A stretch of 64,000 nt of DNA from assembly GCF_001194135.2 (NCBI RefSeq), contig NC_068981.1, positions 99,881,214 through 99,945,213 of the forward strand, in the 5' to 3' direction. This DNA is from Octopus bimaculoides (lineage: Eukaryota). How positions within the stretch are numbered: the stretch's first letter is position 1; every line of letters begins with the position of its first letter. Position numbers and translations under genes: made by a program. Below, piece by piece: positions 35,873-50,710 of the stretch. Under the pieces are notes generated by a model. The model searched no databases. It had not been told where the DNA came from and saw nothing but the letters and a program-made list of their open reading frames with translations.

Positions 35873-37179
35873 CGTGTGTGTGTGTGTGTGTGTGTGTGTG
35901 CATGTGTGTGTGTGTGTGTGTGTGTATTAATCAATGAAATTCCAGCTTAGTCAGATTTTCATATTTCATTATTTACAATTTTACAATATTGAAATAAATT
36001 GGTACTATCATGCATTATGCAATTAAGTTTATGTAGTAACAGTTGTGTTCCACAATTGGCAACTGTAGATACACACAGTTGTCAAAAGATACACACATAC
36101 ATATATATATATGTGTGTGTGATGCCTGTATGTATGTATGCTTGTGTATGGTTATGTGCATGTGTGTGTGTGTGTACATCCACTTGTTTCCCTTTCACAA
36201 TTTCAGTATCTTCATGACAATACAAACTATCAAGTCCTCTCTTCTGCAGTCTAAACTTCACTATATTTTCAATGTATTCAGCTACATTCATCCACACCAC
36301 AACATACATAATACAATACAACATTTGATCATACTTTTCCAAATCTGCCTAATTTTGCAGAACTTTGCTGTATTCCTCTACATTCTATTCTCCTTCCTTT
36401 TATTCATCCATTCCAACCTCATGATATTGCAAGGACAATGGCCAAATGGATAACATATTGACCTAGCTATTCATAAGTTATGGGTTTAAACTCATCCTCA
36501 GCAAGTCTGTTGTATTTATGGATAGAACACATTAATTCTATATTGCCTCAGATCCTCTAACTGCCAAAAAATAAAATATTATGCTGAGATATTAACAGGG
36601 ATAGACAATGTCCTAACTAGATAGCAACTTATCTTTCATCCATTTCAAGAAATGACATCCGTATAGAAAACCCTAAATTTTAAATGAGCTAACAAGAGGG
36701 TCTCTAGAAATAGCAACCAAATCTCCCTTAATTCACACTTTTATGCTATGACTGAAAATAGAAAACACAATGGCATACCATTGATCATAGGTCTTTTGAA
36801 TTAGGGCTGATTTGGCACTAAACAACTAGTGATCCTTAAAAAGTTCTTAAGGGTTTTAAGGCTTTTCCATATATATGCTAACAGACTCTTGTTTACTATA
36901 TTCCACTATACTTTCCAAATTCTTCTATATTTTTCATAAAATATATAATCTAAAAGAAAGTAAAAAAATAAGGAAATTAAAAAACAACAAAAAGCAAAAA
37001 AGAAGAAACACAAGAACTGAAAGTGAAGAAATCAATAATGATGGATCAATAATACCATAGCTTAACCTCAATCATTCTAACTTCGATATCTTTTATAGTC
37101 TCCTGTAATTCTTAATATCTAAAACACCAAGAGAAAGTGAAAAAGTAAATTACACACACGTGTGTATACATATATAATT

Positions 37180-37210
<31 letters not shown>

Positions 37211-39359
37211 TATACACATATATTTACACATGCACACAAAAAGACATATATATATATATTTGTGTGTATTATATAGATATATCACACACAGATATACATA
37301 GATATATACATATGCATATATACATATAAATACCATCTAATCACCATACCACACCACACCACAACTCCATCATAACACATTATGCTATCTGCCATCCCAC
37401 AACACACCCACAGCTCATTTCTTGCAGCAAAGAAATTAAGAGACAGTGAAAAAGTTATTACTTCTGCTGCTATTTACCACAGCTGCTTTACAAGTGGTGA
37501 CTAATCATTTTAACCCAAATAAAAGGTACCAGAATAAAATATATAATTCAATAATAGAAACGTAAATATAAAAATTAAAAGGAATGAACAGGAAAAAATA
37601 GCAAAATATTAGGCATATCTCAGTGGGGGCGTGGAACCAATTTTGCTAATTAATATAAAGAAAATTTTGCTCAGTTGATCTGGGTTAAAGAAACTAATAC
37701 TGTTTATTTATGTCGATCTTGTTTGAGCTGAGATGTTTTTTAAGTTGATCAAATACTGATTGGCAGATCAGGCGTACTATCTTTCTCATCCATTCCTACT
37801 TATTGCCATGTATTGGTAAGCTAGTAATACGTTAATACAGCTACACAGAAGAGATGAAAAACAATTTGAAATGAATGGAGGCATGCTGTGTTGCAGACTA
37901 GTCTAACCTGTAAAGAAAAGAGCACCAAAAGGATGATGATGATGATTGTAGTGGTGTGACTGTAATATACTTTGGGGGAGAATACTATCCATGTTTGACC
38001 AGTACTGCTTGCACAGTTTGCCTCTCATGGTTAAGAAACACAATGACAGCATTACTAAAATGTGCCAACATGTCTTTACAAAGAAGTCAGCTGTGCACTC
38101 TATTGAGCATTAGCTTGGCCATAAACTTAAACAGGCCAATTAACTGACATGCCATGCTTCTGAAGTTGACTCATGAATGGGGAAGAATGATAATGAGATT
38201 GGATAAGGGTCAGGAACATGCTGATTATGGACTAGTGTCTGATACTTCCTGGATTGCCAGGAGCAATCATATTAACAGCTTAAAGATGGCTTCTAACATG
38301 GTGCAATACTGCAGCTGATAATAATCTTGTATTCACTTCCTTTCCTCTGTACAATAAGCCTGAAATTTCTTCTAATCTCTCCCATGTAGCTGAAACCACT
38401 CTTATAATAATTTGCAGTTCATAGTTCTTGAATAAAAGAAATTAAATTTCTTTTATTCACGGAATCACATTTATAACAGGTTTTTGGCCTCAAGATATGA
38501 AAAATGTGATAACAAATCATCACACACACACAGTATTATAAATTAGGCTCTAAATATGGTTAAAGCTTACCAGATGGCTTCACAAATGAGTAAGTTTCTC
38601 CACAAAGAAAGGATGGCTGTACAGAAACTTAATTATTTCTGAAATTATCCAGAAATATTTTGGCTGTATATGGAATTTAATTTGTGATACTGCATAAATA
38701 ATAAAACTACTATATTACCTAACACCATGTGCTTTTTTTTCTGACTTGTGAAAACTCCCCCTACTCCATCATTTTTCCTTCATATCATCTATTTTTCTAT
38801 CTGGAACTATTTCACTTGATATACATCTTAAATACTGTCCTCTCCACCGACATTTTACATTAATCACCCTACTAAGCCATCTCTCTCCTCTTTACCCTGT
38901 CCACTCTGTCATCATTACTATTCTGCAATTCTTCCCTCCCCCATGCAGCATTTGTCATCCTCTCCTTTTATATCCACCATTCATTATAACTCTCTGCAGT
39001 TGTCATCTACTCTTCCTTACCGTCTTACTTATCAACACTCAATGCTTGTTCTCTCATTATATTTACTGCCTTATTCATTTCCCATCTCTCACTCTCCTGT
39101 GCACTCCTGAGTCTTGTGTCTTCACTCATTTCTACTTACCTCATACATCGAGGGTTTATTCAGACACCTCATCACTACAATTTGTATCCCTTTCCAGCTC
39201 CATTCCACTCACCTCCAACCTTTCTTCTAAAATGTGAGCAACCATGTGGCTCCTTTACAGCTAGAAACCGTTTCTGCTCTAGCCCCTTCTCTCACATTTT
39301 AACCCATCAACTCATAAAATAAAGCTACCTATCGCTCTGAGCTCATAGTCTTACAAGCT

Positions 39360-41850
39360 GCATGGTTACCATACTAGTGATGGTGCCACACTTGTGTCAA
39401 CATGAGGAAGGGCATCCAGCCCTAGAATCTATGCCAAAGCAGATACTGAAGCATGATACAGTCCTTGGACCCCTCAAATCCTGTCAAACCATCCAATCCA
39501 TGCCAGCATGGAACATGGATTTTAAATGTGAATGAGAATGATGATGATGGTGTAGAGTATTGACCATAATGTAAATGGTTAAAATTCTTTAAGTATTTGA
39601 TTGAAAAGTCTCTGTAGCATTTGATATCAGGATGTATAAAATATTCTGTCTGACTACAAGTTTGAACCTGATTTTTGTAAAAATTATAAAGACTGTTGCT
39701 ATTTACTGATGCATAATGAATTTATGAAGAGTTCTCAGAGAGTAACAGACACATTTTAGGATATTAAAATGATTTCAGGGTGAAGATACATATTAGCTAT
39801 TCAGAAATACACACAGACTGTTAACTTCACTTAAACATTTATTGTTTGTAATAATGTGCCAAATTTATTGTTGCTTCAAATTGTCAGAGACCAGGTTGCA
39901 GTTATGGAGTAATGAAAATTTTAACACCATATTATGAACAATAAATGTTTAAGTGAAGTTTGTCTTTGTGAGTTTCTGAATGGCTAATATATATCTTCCA
40001 AACTACAATCATTTTAGTTTCAACACAAATTCAGAGATCAAGACACCTGGCATGCATGTATCTCTCCATAATTTTAGTGTACTACTTTTCTTTATAAAGC
40101 AAAGAGCATATTCATTACATTATGCTTTCTGAGTGTCATTAAAGTTCTACTGAAAGTAAAATAGCCAAAAATATTCAAAAGGCTTTTGATCAAGATGCAG
40201 TGAATGAAAGAACTTGCAGAAGGTCATTTGGAAAATTCAGACATGGCAATTTCAGTGTGCTTGATGAACCTAGATCGATATGTGCTTCCAAACTGGATGA
40301 TGAATTGTGCAAGGTAAGAATTGAAAGCTTTCCATAGGGTTTAATGACAGTATTATGACTACAATCATTTGAAGGGGCCTGGAAAAATTTCAAAGTGGAG
40401 GGAAAATTGATTCCTTATGCTCTCTTAGTAACAAATTGTCAATAAAGGCTTCACTGCTGTGAATTACGCACTATTTTTTGGAGCAGATTGTGAATGGAGA
40501 TAAGAAATGGATACATTACAGCAATATTAAGTACTAAAGACAAAGGCTTATCTCAAATAGAAACCCTGTACCACTTCAATGAAAGGAACTTCAAAAGAAA
40601 ATTTTATTGAGTGTTTAGTGGAATAAGGAAGGAATTTCATCCTCAAAAGCTCATTTAATATGAGCTTTTAAGGTTGAATCAAATAATCACTTCTGATATC
40701 TACTGTCAACAACTTTACCATTTGAAGACTATTTTGGTCAGAAAACATCCAACCTCAATAAACCATAGGGAAGTTTTCTTTCATTATGATAGTGCCTTGA
40801 CCTCATACCCCACAAATCACTAAAAATGCTCTGGAATCATTCAGATAGGAAATATGTTACACCTTCTATATTCTCCAGTCATTGCTCTATCAGACTTCCT
40901 CTAATCTAAAACTTTACAAAACTTTTCTTGTTTAGTTAGGAAAAATATGGCCAGAAGGGAAGACATAGAAAATGAATTAAAAATGTATTTTAATTCAAAA
41001 TACAAAGAATTAACCAAATCATACATTCAAAACTGAAGGAAATTATACACATAATTACAATCACTGTATTAGATATAATGTTTGTGTTTTTAAATAAATA
41101 CTAAAAATCAGATGGAACTTTCTATACAACTAATATAAACTGCTAATAACTATGGTTAGTTGAGCTTCTTAATGTATTGTCTTGTTTTATTCTCTCTCTC
41201 TCTCTCTCTATCCTTCCTGCACTTCCAATCTCATCATTGCAGCCTCCACTCATCTTTCCTCTGCATTCACTAAAGACCTCACCTCAATCCCAACTCCCCT
41301 ACCTATGGGAGAATATCACAATATTACAAACAATAAACATTTAAGCAAAGTTAACAGTCTTTGCGTGTTTCTGAATGGCTAATGTGTGTCTTCAACACTG
41401 CAATCATTTTAATATACAAAAATATGTTTGTTACTTTCTGAGAACTCTTCATGAAATGATTATGCATCAGTAAATGTCCACATTACATAGAATAAATTTC
41501 AACAGGTTCAAATTTGTAATCAGACAGAACATTCTACACAACCTGATATTAATGCTAAAGAAACTTTTAAATCAGATACTTAAAGAATCTTAACTATTTA
41601 CATTATGGTCAGTTGCTATACACCACTACCACAACCACCACTACCCTCTTCCTCCTCCTCATTTAAAATCCATATTCCATGCTAGCATGGATTGGATGGT
41701 TTGACAGGATGTGAGGAGTCCAAGGACTGTATCATGCTCCAATGTCTGCTTTGGTATAGTTTCTGGGGCTGGATGCCCTTCTTAGTGTTAACAAAAGTGT
41801 GTACTGGGTGCTTTTTTGTGGCACAGCACTAAATTTTGGTTACCATTGTA
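39360..41850. repeat. Old inverted duplication: 39360-39860 versus 41315-41850, plus a third partial arm at 39927-40020
   Basis: For example gatgcataatgaatttatgaagagttctcagagagtaac versus gttactttctgagaactcttcatgaaatgattatgcatc. The arms include an RTE tail and adjacent non-family sequence. Confidence 0.75.
40130..41137 (+). mobile_element. Decayed mariner (Mos1-like) transposon
   Basis: DAVNERTCRRSFGKFRHGNFSVLDEPRS (HTH), FLEQIVNGDKKWIHYSN (first Asp), ELLRLNQIITSDIYCQQL..FFHYDSA.PH, LLYSPVIALSDF; right end gaactttctatacaactaata. Confidence 0.8.
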
Positions 41851-42212
41851 TTGTGCCATTTTGAAGACAAGAATAACTATTTACTCAATTTAAAAAAATA
41901 TTTTGGCATTTTTCTGTATAACATATCACAGCAAAACAGCAAAGACAGTATTAAAATTATAGAAAAACGAAATTATAACAAAATAAAACAAACATGCGAG
42001 CATGTATCTGACTTATGCACTGTTCACTTTCCAGATATTTTTACATTACTGCATATGCTTTATATGCACTTTTGACAAGTTGTAGTGCACCTGAGCACTG
42101 TATACAATAATTTCATTATTATTAAATTAAAATCTATATCATTTAAATGTTAAAGGAACTTCTGAATTACCTTGCGTGGGTATGAGTGTGTACCAGCATG
42201 CAATCATGTATG

Positions 42213-42249
<37 letters not shown>

Positions 42250-43281
42250 AGAGCACCTGTAAATGGATCCTCCATTGGTTTTGAAAATGACTATTATATT
42301 TGTTTGACCAACTGAACTACCTGCTAATGTGTTGTGTGTAGTGAGTACTCTACTGACACATGTATTCTTAATCTATTCCTCAATCAGAATCAGTATGATG
42401 CAGTGTATGATGAGCTGGTTCTTTGAATTACAGTTACAGTCCATCTGAACTTCTACACTTTGTGACTGAAATTGACTAGATGAAACCTGTCAAATGATCT
42501 GTGTCTATGTTTGTGTGTGTGTGTGTGCATATGCATGTGTGTGTATGTGCATAGCCCAGTCTTTCTGTCTCACTATCTTTTCCTCATTAATTTCCTATTC
42601 TTTGCATTTGCATTTGATAATTTTTTTTTTGCTTTCCTTATCTCTTTTTTTTTCATCTTTTTCTCTCCTCTCTCTTTGATCCTTTTTCTTAGTTTAGCTC
42701 AACTCACTGCTTCTATTCAATTTCCTCTTTAATCATTTATCTCTCATTTTTCATTTTGTTTCTTTGTTCCCACTATCTTTCTCATTCTTTGATCTATCTC
42801 TCTATCCTTTCTTCCTCTTCTCTCTCTCTCTCTCAGCTTCTACTTTTTCACTCCCAGACTATCATCATCATTGTTTTAACATATACATTTCTTAATGGTT
42901 GCATGTGTCAGACAGAACTTGTCGAGGTGAATTTTCTATGGCTGGATACCCTTCCTGTTGCCAAAACTCAACTTATCTGATATAATTTTGTAATCCTAAT
43001 TCGAAATTATAAATATAACAGTTGTTGCTTTAGCCCCAGGTAGCTCTAACTAAGCAGACATTATGATCAAAGGCATGCCAGCCATGACCATCTCATCCCT
43101 TTTTTTCAGACAGTGTATCCTTCCTTTCCATGTGTGTGTGTGTGTGATGGTGTCTCCTTGTTTTGGCATTACATGGTGGTTGTAAAAGAGTTTCACTGTC
43201 ATACAAAAGTCATCATAGAGTAGAGTGTGGCTTGAGGGAAATATGACTACTATTTCTAGCTGACTAGGGGACCATGTAGGG

Positions 43282-43537
43282 TAGTGCTTCTCAATCAGGA
43301 TTCATATGGACCTTGGGGGCCATATAAGATTTTGTTGTTAAAATTTATTTGCAATAGATCTGTTATACTTCTACAATTCACAAAAAATATTTTAACAATT
43401 TTTTCATACAATTCCTTATAATATTTAATTATAAAAATATAATAGGATCTTTTAAACATTGAATGGCTACGAGGGTCCATCCAAGTACAATAGGAATCAG
43501 AGGAGGTCCACAGATGAAAAATGGTTGAGAAACACTG
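43282..43537. mobile_element. hAT-like MITE
   Basis: TIR tagtgcttctcaa / ttgagaaacactg. Degenerate 8-bp flanks atgtaggg / atgtaaga. Confidence 0.7.
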
Positions 43538-43574
43538 ATGTAAGAAGATAATAATGAAAATATAGTATTTTCAC

Positions 43575-43960
43575 AGGTGCAGGAGTGGCTGTGTGGTAAG
43601 TAGCTTGCTTACCAACCACATGGTTCTGGGTTCATTCCCACTGCGTGGCACCTTGGGCAAGTGTCTTCTACTATAGCCTCGGGCTGACCAAAGCCTTGTG
43701 AATGGATTTGGTAGATGGAAAGTGAAAGAAGCCCATCGTATATATGTATATATATATATATATGTATGTGTGTATATATGTTTTTATCTGTGTTTGTCCC
43801 CCCCCCCCCANNNNNNNNNNGGTTCAGCAAAAGAGATCGATAGAATAAGTACTAGGCTTCCAAAGAATAAGTTCTGGGGTCGATTTGCTCGACTAAAGGC
43901 GGTGCTCCAGCATGGCCGCAGTAAAATGACTGAAACAAGTAAAAAAGTAAAAGAGTAAGT
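43575..43960 (+). mobile_element. Full-length SINE family A (contains a 10-N gap)
   Basis: caggtgcaggagtggctgtgtggtaagtagcttgcttaccaacc..gaaacaagtaaaaaagtaaaagagtaa. Confidence 0.88.
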
Positions 43961-46900
43961 ATGGAATTACAATAAATTACTGTTTTGATCTTAAGGTGTA
44001 AACCAGTGGTCTTTAACATGTGTGGTAACATCTTGTTGGGAGCACTGTTGGCATACAAGAGGTAATTGAATATCAAGGGGTTACTTTAGGGAGTGTTGGG
44101 TGTTTATAGGGGTCATAAGTTTTCTTAGGAATAAAATTTTATCCTGGCATACTACTTATATTTTAAACACATTTTCAAAAACAAATATTTTGTCAGATTT
44201 AGAATATGAATAGAACAGTGTGTAGAAAAGATGATTGATGATATAATAACAAGACCCAAAATAATTTCATTATATAGGTTGCAGACATGGGTTTGTGGTT
44301 AAAAAGGCTGCCAACACTATTTCAGATTGACTCCCACTGTGTGGCACCTTAGGTAAATGTCTTCAACTATAGCCCTAAGACATTTTCCCAAGGTGTCACA
44401 CAGCTGAAGATATTTGGTCAACCCTGGGCTGACCAAAGTTTTGTGAGTGAATTTGGTACATGGAAACTGCAAGAAGCTCATTGTCAACATCATCATCCTT
44501 TAGTGTCTGATTTCCATGCTGGCATGGGTTAGATGGTTTGACTGGAAATCATAAACCTGAGAGCTGCACCAAATTCCAGTCTGATGTGGCATGGTTTCTA
44601 TGGCTGAATGCTCTTCCTAACACCAACATTGTATGCGCATGTGTGAATGTGTGTTAGTGTCTTCTTGTTTTGACATCACATGATGGTTGTAAAAGTGTGT
44701 CACTGGCATGTAAGTGATGTATTTTGCTTCCAATCTTCCATGGAAACATGTCTGACCAAGGTATAATGGTACGCTACTTGGAGACAGGTGACGGTTCTAT
44801 TGAACCCATGCAAACATGGAAAAGCGGTCGATAAAACAATGAGAAAGCCTTTAGATTCTTTAGTAATTTCCATAAAAATTTAAAATATAGGGCTCTAGTT
44901 GATAGAAATATGTAAAAAAGGCAAATGTTCAATGGAAAGTACAAGAAAATATGTGCTTCTATTTGATTGAAATAAATTGCTGTTTGTTTTTCCTTTTGAT
45001 TGTTTTGCTTAAATATGGTTGTGTGGTTGAGAAACTTGTTTTACAGCAGCAATAATGGTCATCATCATCGTCATTTAATGTCCGTTTTCTGTGCTGGCAC
45101 TGGACGGACAATTTGATGGGAACTGGTAAACCAAAGGATTGTCCCAAGCTCCACTGTCTGCTTTGACATGGTTTTACTGATGCATGCCCTTCCAAATGCC
45201 AACCGCTTTATAGAGTGGACTGGGTGCTTTTCATGTGGGCCCAGCACAGTTGAGGTTACCAAATAACTTGTTAGACAGAGATCCCTCAACTCAAAGCATG
45301 AGTGGTAGTGAGAGAGGTGGCTTTGTATCAGGTAATGAGAAATCAATAGGATAAACACCAAACTTAAAAATAAATATTGGGATTGATTTGTTCAACTAAA
45401 TTGTTGAAGACAGTGCCCTCAGCATGGTCACAGTCCAATGACTGAAACAAGTAAAAAGATAAAAAGGGAAAAAAGAGGGTGTTTATAAAAGACCATTTGA
45501 TAAAAAAGGGAGCAGTGAGCAACAAAATTTGAGAGCCACTAGTTAAAGCTGTCTTTTTTTCTTCACACAAGTCCTTTGAGACTTCATCAATAGTAGTTTC
45601 AATCTAAATGCAAGTAAAATTTGCCTGCACATCAGAAGTTCTCCACCATCTGTAGTTTAGACAATCTTCCATTGGTTTGTAAATGTAACAGTGGCTCAAA
45701 ATGGTTATTAGAATGGTTTCACTACTAATGGAGATCTTCAACAGACAATCAGCTGAGAAAGGGTAGCCTTGTAGAATATGTTTTTATTACCGACCATCCC
45801 TCCTTCTGTCTGGGCATTAGGTTTGGCTGTTCTCAGTTATCATACACACAAATCGCACATACACACATAATCACAAATGAAAAAAACAACAACTGTGGAC
45901 AGAAATGGATGTTTGTCTCAAGTTTCACACTATGTTAATAGATTACAAGTAATTAACCCCCTAAAAGACTGCAATGGGTAATCTGAGTATGAGACAGAAA
46001 AAGTAAAGGGTAAGTGGAGGTGATGGTGATGACAGTGGAAATATTGATAGTGCTAGAAAAACTTGAGATGATGATGATGGCAACAATGAAGATAATGATG
46101 GTGATAGAATGGCAGGACTGGTGTTTGTGATAGTAGTATTGGAAATGATGATTTTGTTGGTAGTCATGGAATAGTGGTACAACTGGTTGGTGGTGATGAT
46201 GATTGGTATTATGTTGATACTGTTTACCTCTATATCAATCCTGACTGAACAGATCTTAGGAGCAAAGGCATTCCAGACATGACCACCCCATTATTTAAAG
46301 GCATTTTTTTAGGGCTACATTAATGTGACCTTAACCTTTTTAAAAATGCTAGAATGATTTAAAGGAGATTTGGTTACTGCTTCTAGCAAGTCAAGCAATC
46401 ACATAGAGGCCTCTTTTTATAGCTTGTAATAATGCTATTACTGATGGTAGTGGTGGTGGTAGTGGAGATAGTAGAAGTGTAGTAGTGGTGGATTTGATGG
46501 CAGCACTAGTAATGGTGTTGGTGATAGTTAAAATAGTGTTATTGATGATGCTGTTGGTAGCAATAAAACACACTAAGCGTACACACACAAACACACAATT
46601 GCTCTGTCCATCTCTCCTTTTATCCACTAACCCACTCAACTAAAACTCCAACCATTCCACTGTCCAACCATTCAACCATTCATTGTTTCACTTAACTTCC
46701 CAAGAAACCCAATCTCTGAAAGCTTTGATTAGTAAACAATATGACAAACAAAACACACAAATAATAACGATAGTCAGAGCTGGTGATGGCAGTGGTGATA
46801 TCAGTAGTTTTTTAATTGCAATGGGTATGACAGGGAAAAGGTATGGAGACAGTGGGTATGTGAAGGAAAAGAAGAGAGGGAGATCAGGTGTAATATATGT

Positions 46901-48109
46901 TCAGCTGTCTGCAAGGGAAGAGAGAAAGGAGGAAAGAAAGTAAAACGTGTGATGTGTCTGAGTGTGCAAGTGGACAACTTTCTCATGAAGGGTTATTTTG
47001 GGGAGAGCTGAACAAAGCTAAATGTTTCCTCTTCTGGTTATAGGATATATTGATGCAGATATTTTTTTTCTGCAATAGTCTCCTGTTAATAATTTATTAT
47101 CACTTCAACAGTTCTAGAAAGTTTTCTTCATCTTTCTTCACCCACCTCCATTCTCTCTAATTTCATCTCTGTTTTCTCTTTCTTTCACTCTCATAATATT
47201 TCCAATTCTTTCTATTAACCATCCCACTCTGTCGATATTTTTCACTATCTCTCTTTCCCATTGTTTATATATTCACTTCACTAACTCTCATGTATCATAC
47301 TTTTTCTGCTTAGCTCTGAACTTTGATTTATTTCTTCTTTATTTCCTTCTACTTTTCTTCCTTTCTCCATCTCCCTCTCAGCCTTTACTTCAGTTCCTCT
47401 CCATCTTTCTGTTTATAGCTATATATCTTTTTACTTCTGTTTCTTCTTATTCTTTGTTTTTCTATATCTCTGAAATATCTTTAATATTTCTCTTTCTCTC
47501 TAATAAATACATAGCCATATATACACTGGCACACGTGTGAACACATTAATTAACAAAGAAAGAAAGCAAATGAGAGAGAGATGAGGATATCTATAAATAT
47601 TAATAGGTATGTTAAATTTATCATTTATTCAGATCACAATCATGTATGTTTGTGTGTGTCTCTAATTGACTACAACTACCTTTTATAAATTTTTGACATT
47701 CTATTTTGTGTATGTGTAAGTGAATATATGTGATTGTGTGTGTATGTGTGTGTATAGACATACACATAAAACCACTTACACTCAATGTATGTACACATAC
47801 ATAAAACAGAATGCCACAAATTCATAGAAAATGGTTGCAGCCAATTGAACTGACCACAGTACATGTCAAGTACTTTACCTTAATTACCTTAGACGGAGAA
47901 TAAGAAGGATCTGAATTTAATATGTAGAGTCCATTCTCTTACCACTTTACCATCATTTGGAAAGTGTATAATAAGATTTTCTTAGACTAAACATAAGCCC
48001 AATGTTTTAGAAGAGCGTTTAAACCCCAATCTACCACTGGTGTTTTATTCCATCAACTCTTAAGAAAAGTGGAATTCAAGAAACATATTACATTTGGTTT
48101 ATATATATA

Positions 48110-48215
48110 TATATATATATATATAAAGATGAGAATGTGTGTCTGTGAGTCTGTCTGTGTGAATCCCTAAAACTTGAGAACTACACAACCAATTTCATTC
48201 AAATGTAAAATATTA
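48110..48215 (+). mobile_element. Possible non-autonomous Helitron (Lep1-like) 5' end
   Basis: (TA)n aaagatgagaatgtgtgtctgtgagtctgtctg..aaaacttgagaactacacaaccaatttcattcaaat resembles that architecture. Confidence 0.4.
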
Positions 48216-49789
48216 AAACACAATGTGTGTGTGTACGTGCGTTGAGTGAAATAAGCACACTAGGATCAATGAAATTAATGGAATTTGCTTACTTTCTTTT
48301 TATCTGGTATGTATTACATTGGCAGATATTTTTCTACCAATATGATACAGAGTGGTCAAAACTGATGTAAACTTAAGACATTTTGAACTTACAAAAATAG
48401 ACTAGATAGATATAATATCTCACTTGCTATATCCATGGATAAAGCTTTCAGCTTGAGTGAAAATGCAGTCAGCAAGCAATACCAAACAATAGCTTTGCTG
48501 AAGAAAGTAACAATGCAAATATTTGCTGTGAACAACAGTCAGTATGAATTTGGTTGCAAGAATGTTGAAATTGAATGCACTAAATGATGTGCATTGAGCT
48601 ATGTTATAATACAATTAAGACAATGTTGTGGCAGACTGCTTCTATGATTATTAGTGAATAACACAATTTCTAATAGGAAATTAACAGATCAACCAAAACT
48701 ATATGTACATTAAACAGAAATGATTTATTTAATAAAACATGAGGTTTTGTTGATTAATAACAACAGTCTTGCCTACACACACACACACACACACACACAC
48801 ATACTTGTCTATAAAAACATGAATGACATATATAATATAGCTTTAATAATAAAAGGAAAGATAGACCTCAATTTAAAAAAAGTTAACAATGAATTAGCAT
48901 GTCTTGAATATTACATGAATGTTAACAGAAAATTTTTTTTATAGAAGACAATGCAACAAGATTTCAGAGTCTACCGTTTGAGAGGGAAATATTCAATGAA
49001 AAATCTTATGAAGATGTGGGACTTAGATAAAGAGCCATCTCAAACATGGAATCAATCAGGTCCATGGAAATCATTATGTCTAAATCAGTCATGGGTAAAC
49101 TGCAGGCCACAAGACTATAAATGACATGCCTAAAAAAAAAAAAAAATACCAGGTAGTGTGACTCACCAGATGATAAGCCATGTTTCATGTGGCCCACTTC
49201 TGGCAAAAGGATGTCCATACTTAGTCTAGATTTTGCCTACCACTCGTTAACTAACTGACACTCATATTATCTGATTGAGTTCTGAGAACTTTTCTCATCA
49301 CAACTCAGCAGTTAAGCTGATATAGAAAATATTAGCTCTAAGATGCATAAATTACAACTCAGATTCCCTCAATACTTCTTGATGAATATATTTACAACAA
49401 CTTCAAGAATCTCAAAATAAGTAAATAAATATTATCAGTAAACCGTCTAAACAACTCCAAAGCTTTGAAGTTCTACTGTGTTGAGAACAGACAAGATAAA
49501 TCATGAACTAAACTGTAGAGGATAGTACCAAGTTTTGTTATGTAGAATCTATATATAAAAAACAGGAAGATATTTCAGACAGTAAAAAATCTTAAATGAT
49601 AATCAAATAAAATTCTATATCAGTCCTTCCATCAGAGAACATCACAATCACTTAACCATGGGTGTATATGTGTGGTGTGCATGTGTGTGTATACATACAC
49701 ACACTCATAAATACATAGTAGTGATGATACACTAAACGATATACACAAAAATTCTTAGTTGATGGAAATTTTCCTCTCAACTGAAATAC

Positions 49790-49985
49790 TGATTTCAAAT
49801 TTTGTCACAAGGGTTGTACATCAAGCTCACTGCTCAATTTGCACTTATTTTATCAACCCCAAAAGGATGAAAGGCAAAGTCAACTTTGGCAGGATTTCAA
49901 CAAAAATGTAAAGAGCTGGAAGAAAATGCCACTAAGCATTTTTGCCAATGCTGTAATGATTCTGCCAGCTTGCTGCCTTTCCCCT
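49790..49985 (-). mobile_element. SINE family B (degenerate)
   Basis: caaattttgtcacaagg..aaaaggatgaaaggcaaagtcaac..gattctgccagcttgctgcc. Confidence 0.7.
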
Positions 49986-50131
49986 CAATTAAAATAATGG
50001 AAACAATAAAGTTAGAATTCATTAATTACTTTCAAAGTAAAGGGGAAATATCTTTTAAGAAATTATGAAATAATTTCATGAAATTATATTGCATGCTCAG
50101 GGGAAATCTGATTGTGTGTGTGAGTGTGTGT

Positions 50132-50169
<38 letters not shown>

Positions 50170-50443
50170 ATATATCTATTCATGAGTGTTCATTTTTTTT
50201 TTTTTTGTATTTATGTGTGCCTGCAAATCTACTTCTATATTTATATCTATATCTAGACAAATATAGACATATGAGTTTAACAGTTAAATTTACAAATTTT
50301 AAAATTGTTGGGAAATACAACAAATGTAAAAGCATCTTATCATTTTCTTTGCACACAGAAAAATGTAGGAGATAACCTTGACAGATTTCATAGTTAATTA
50401 GGCATTTCTCTTCAATCTTTTGACCATGAAGAGACTGTTGCAA

Positions 50444-50710
50444 TCATCGGTTACGATGACGAGGGTTCCAGTTGATTTGATCAATGGAACAGCCTGCAAG
50501 TGAAATTAACGTGCAAGTGGCCGAGCACTCCAGACACGTGTACCCATAACATAGTTCTCGGGGAGATTCAGTGTGATATAGAGTGTGACAAGGCTGACCA
50601 TTTGAAATACAGGTACAGAAACAGGAAGAAAGAGTGAGAGAAAATTGTGGTGAAAGAGCACAGCAAGTTTCACCACCACCCCCTGCCAGAGCCCCGTGGA
50701 GCTTTAGCTT
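50444..50710 (-). mobile_element. GC- and CpG-rich interspersed repeat, SINE-like (unclassified)
   Basis: Abrupt composition change with well-defined ends; only one copy in this window. Confidence 0.45.

Noticed and set aside
45480-45603. Strong minus-strand acceptor followed by IETTIDEVSKDLCEEKK...
   Set aside because: No good donor, and the frame runs into a SINE tail.
49088-49230. Minus-strand GTGAGT donor after MDILLPEVGHMKHGLSS-G
   Set aside because: It lies within what looks like a degenerate hAT-type MITE end, and there is no supporting acceptor context.
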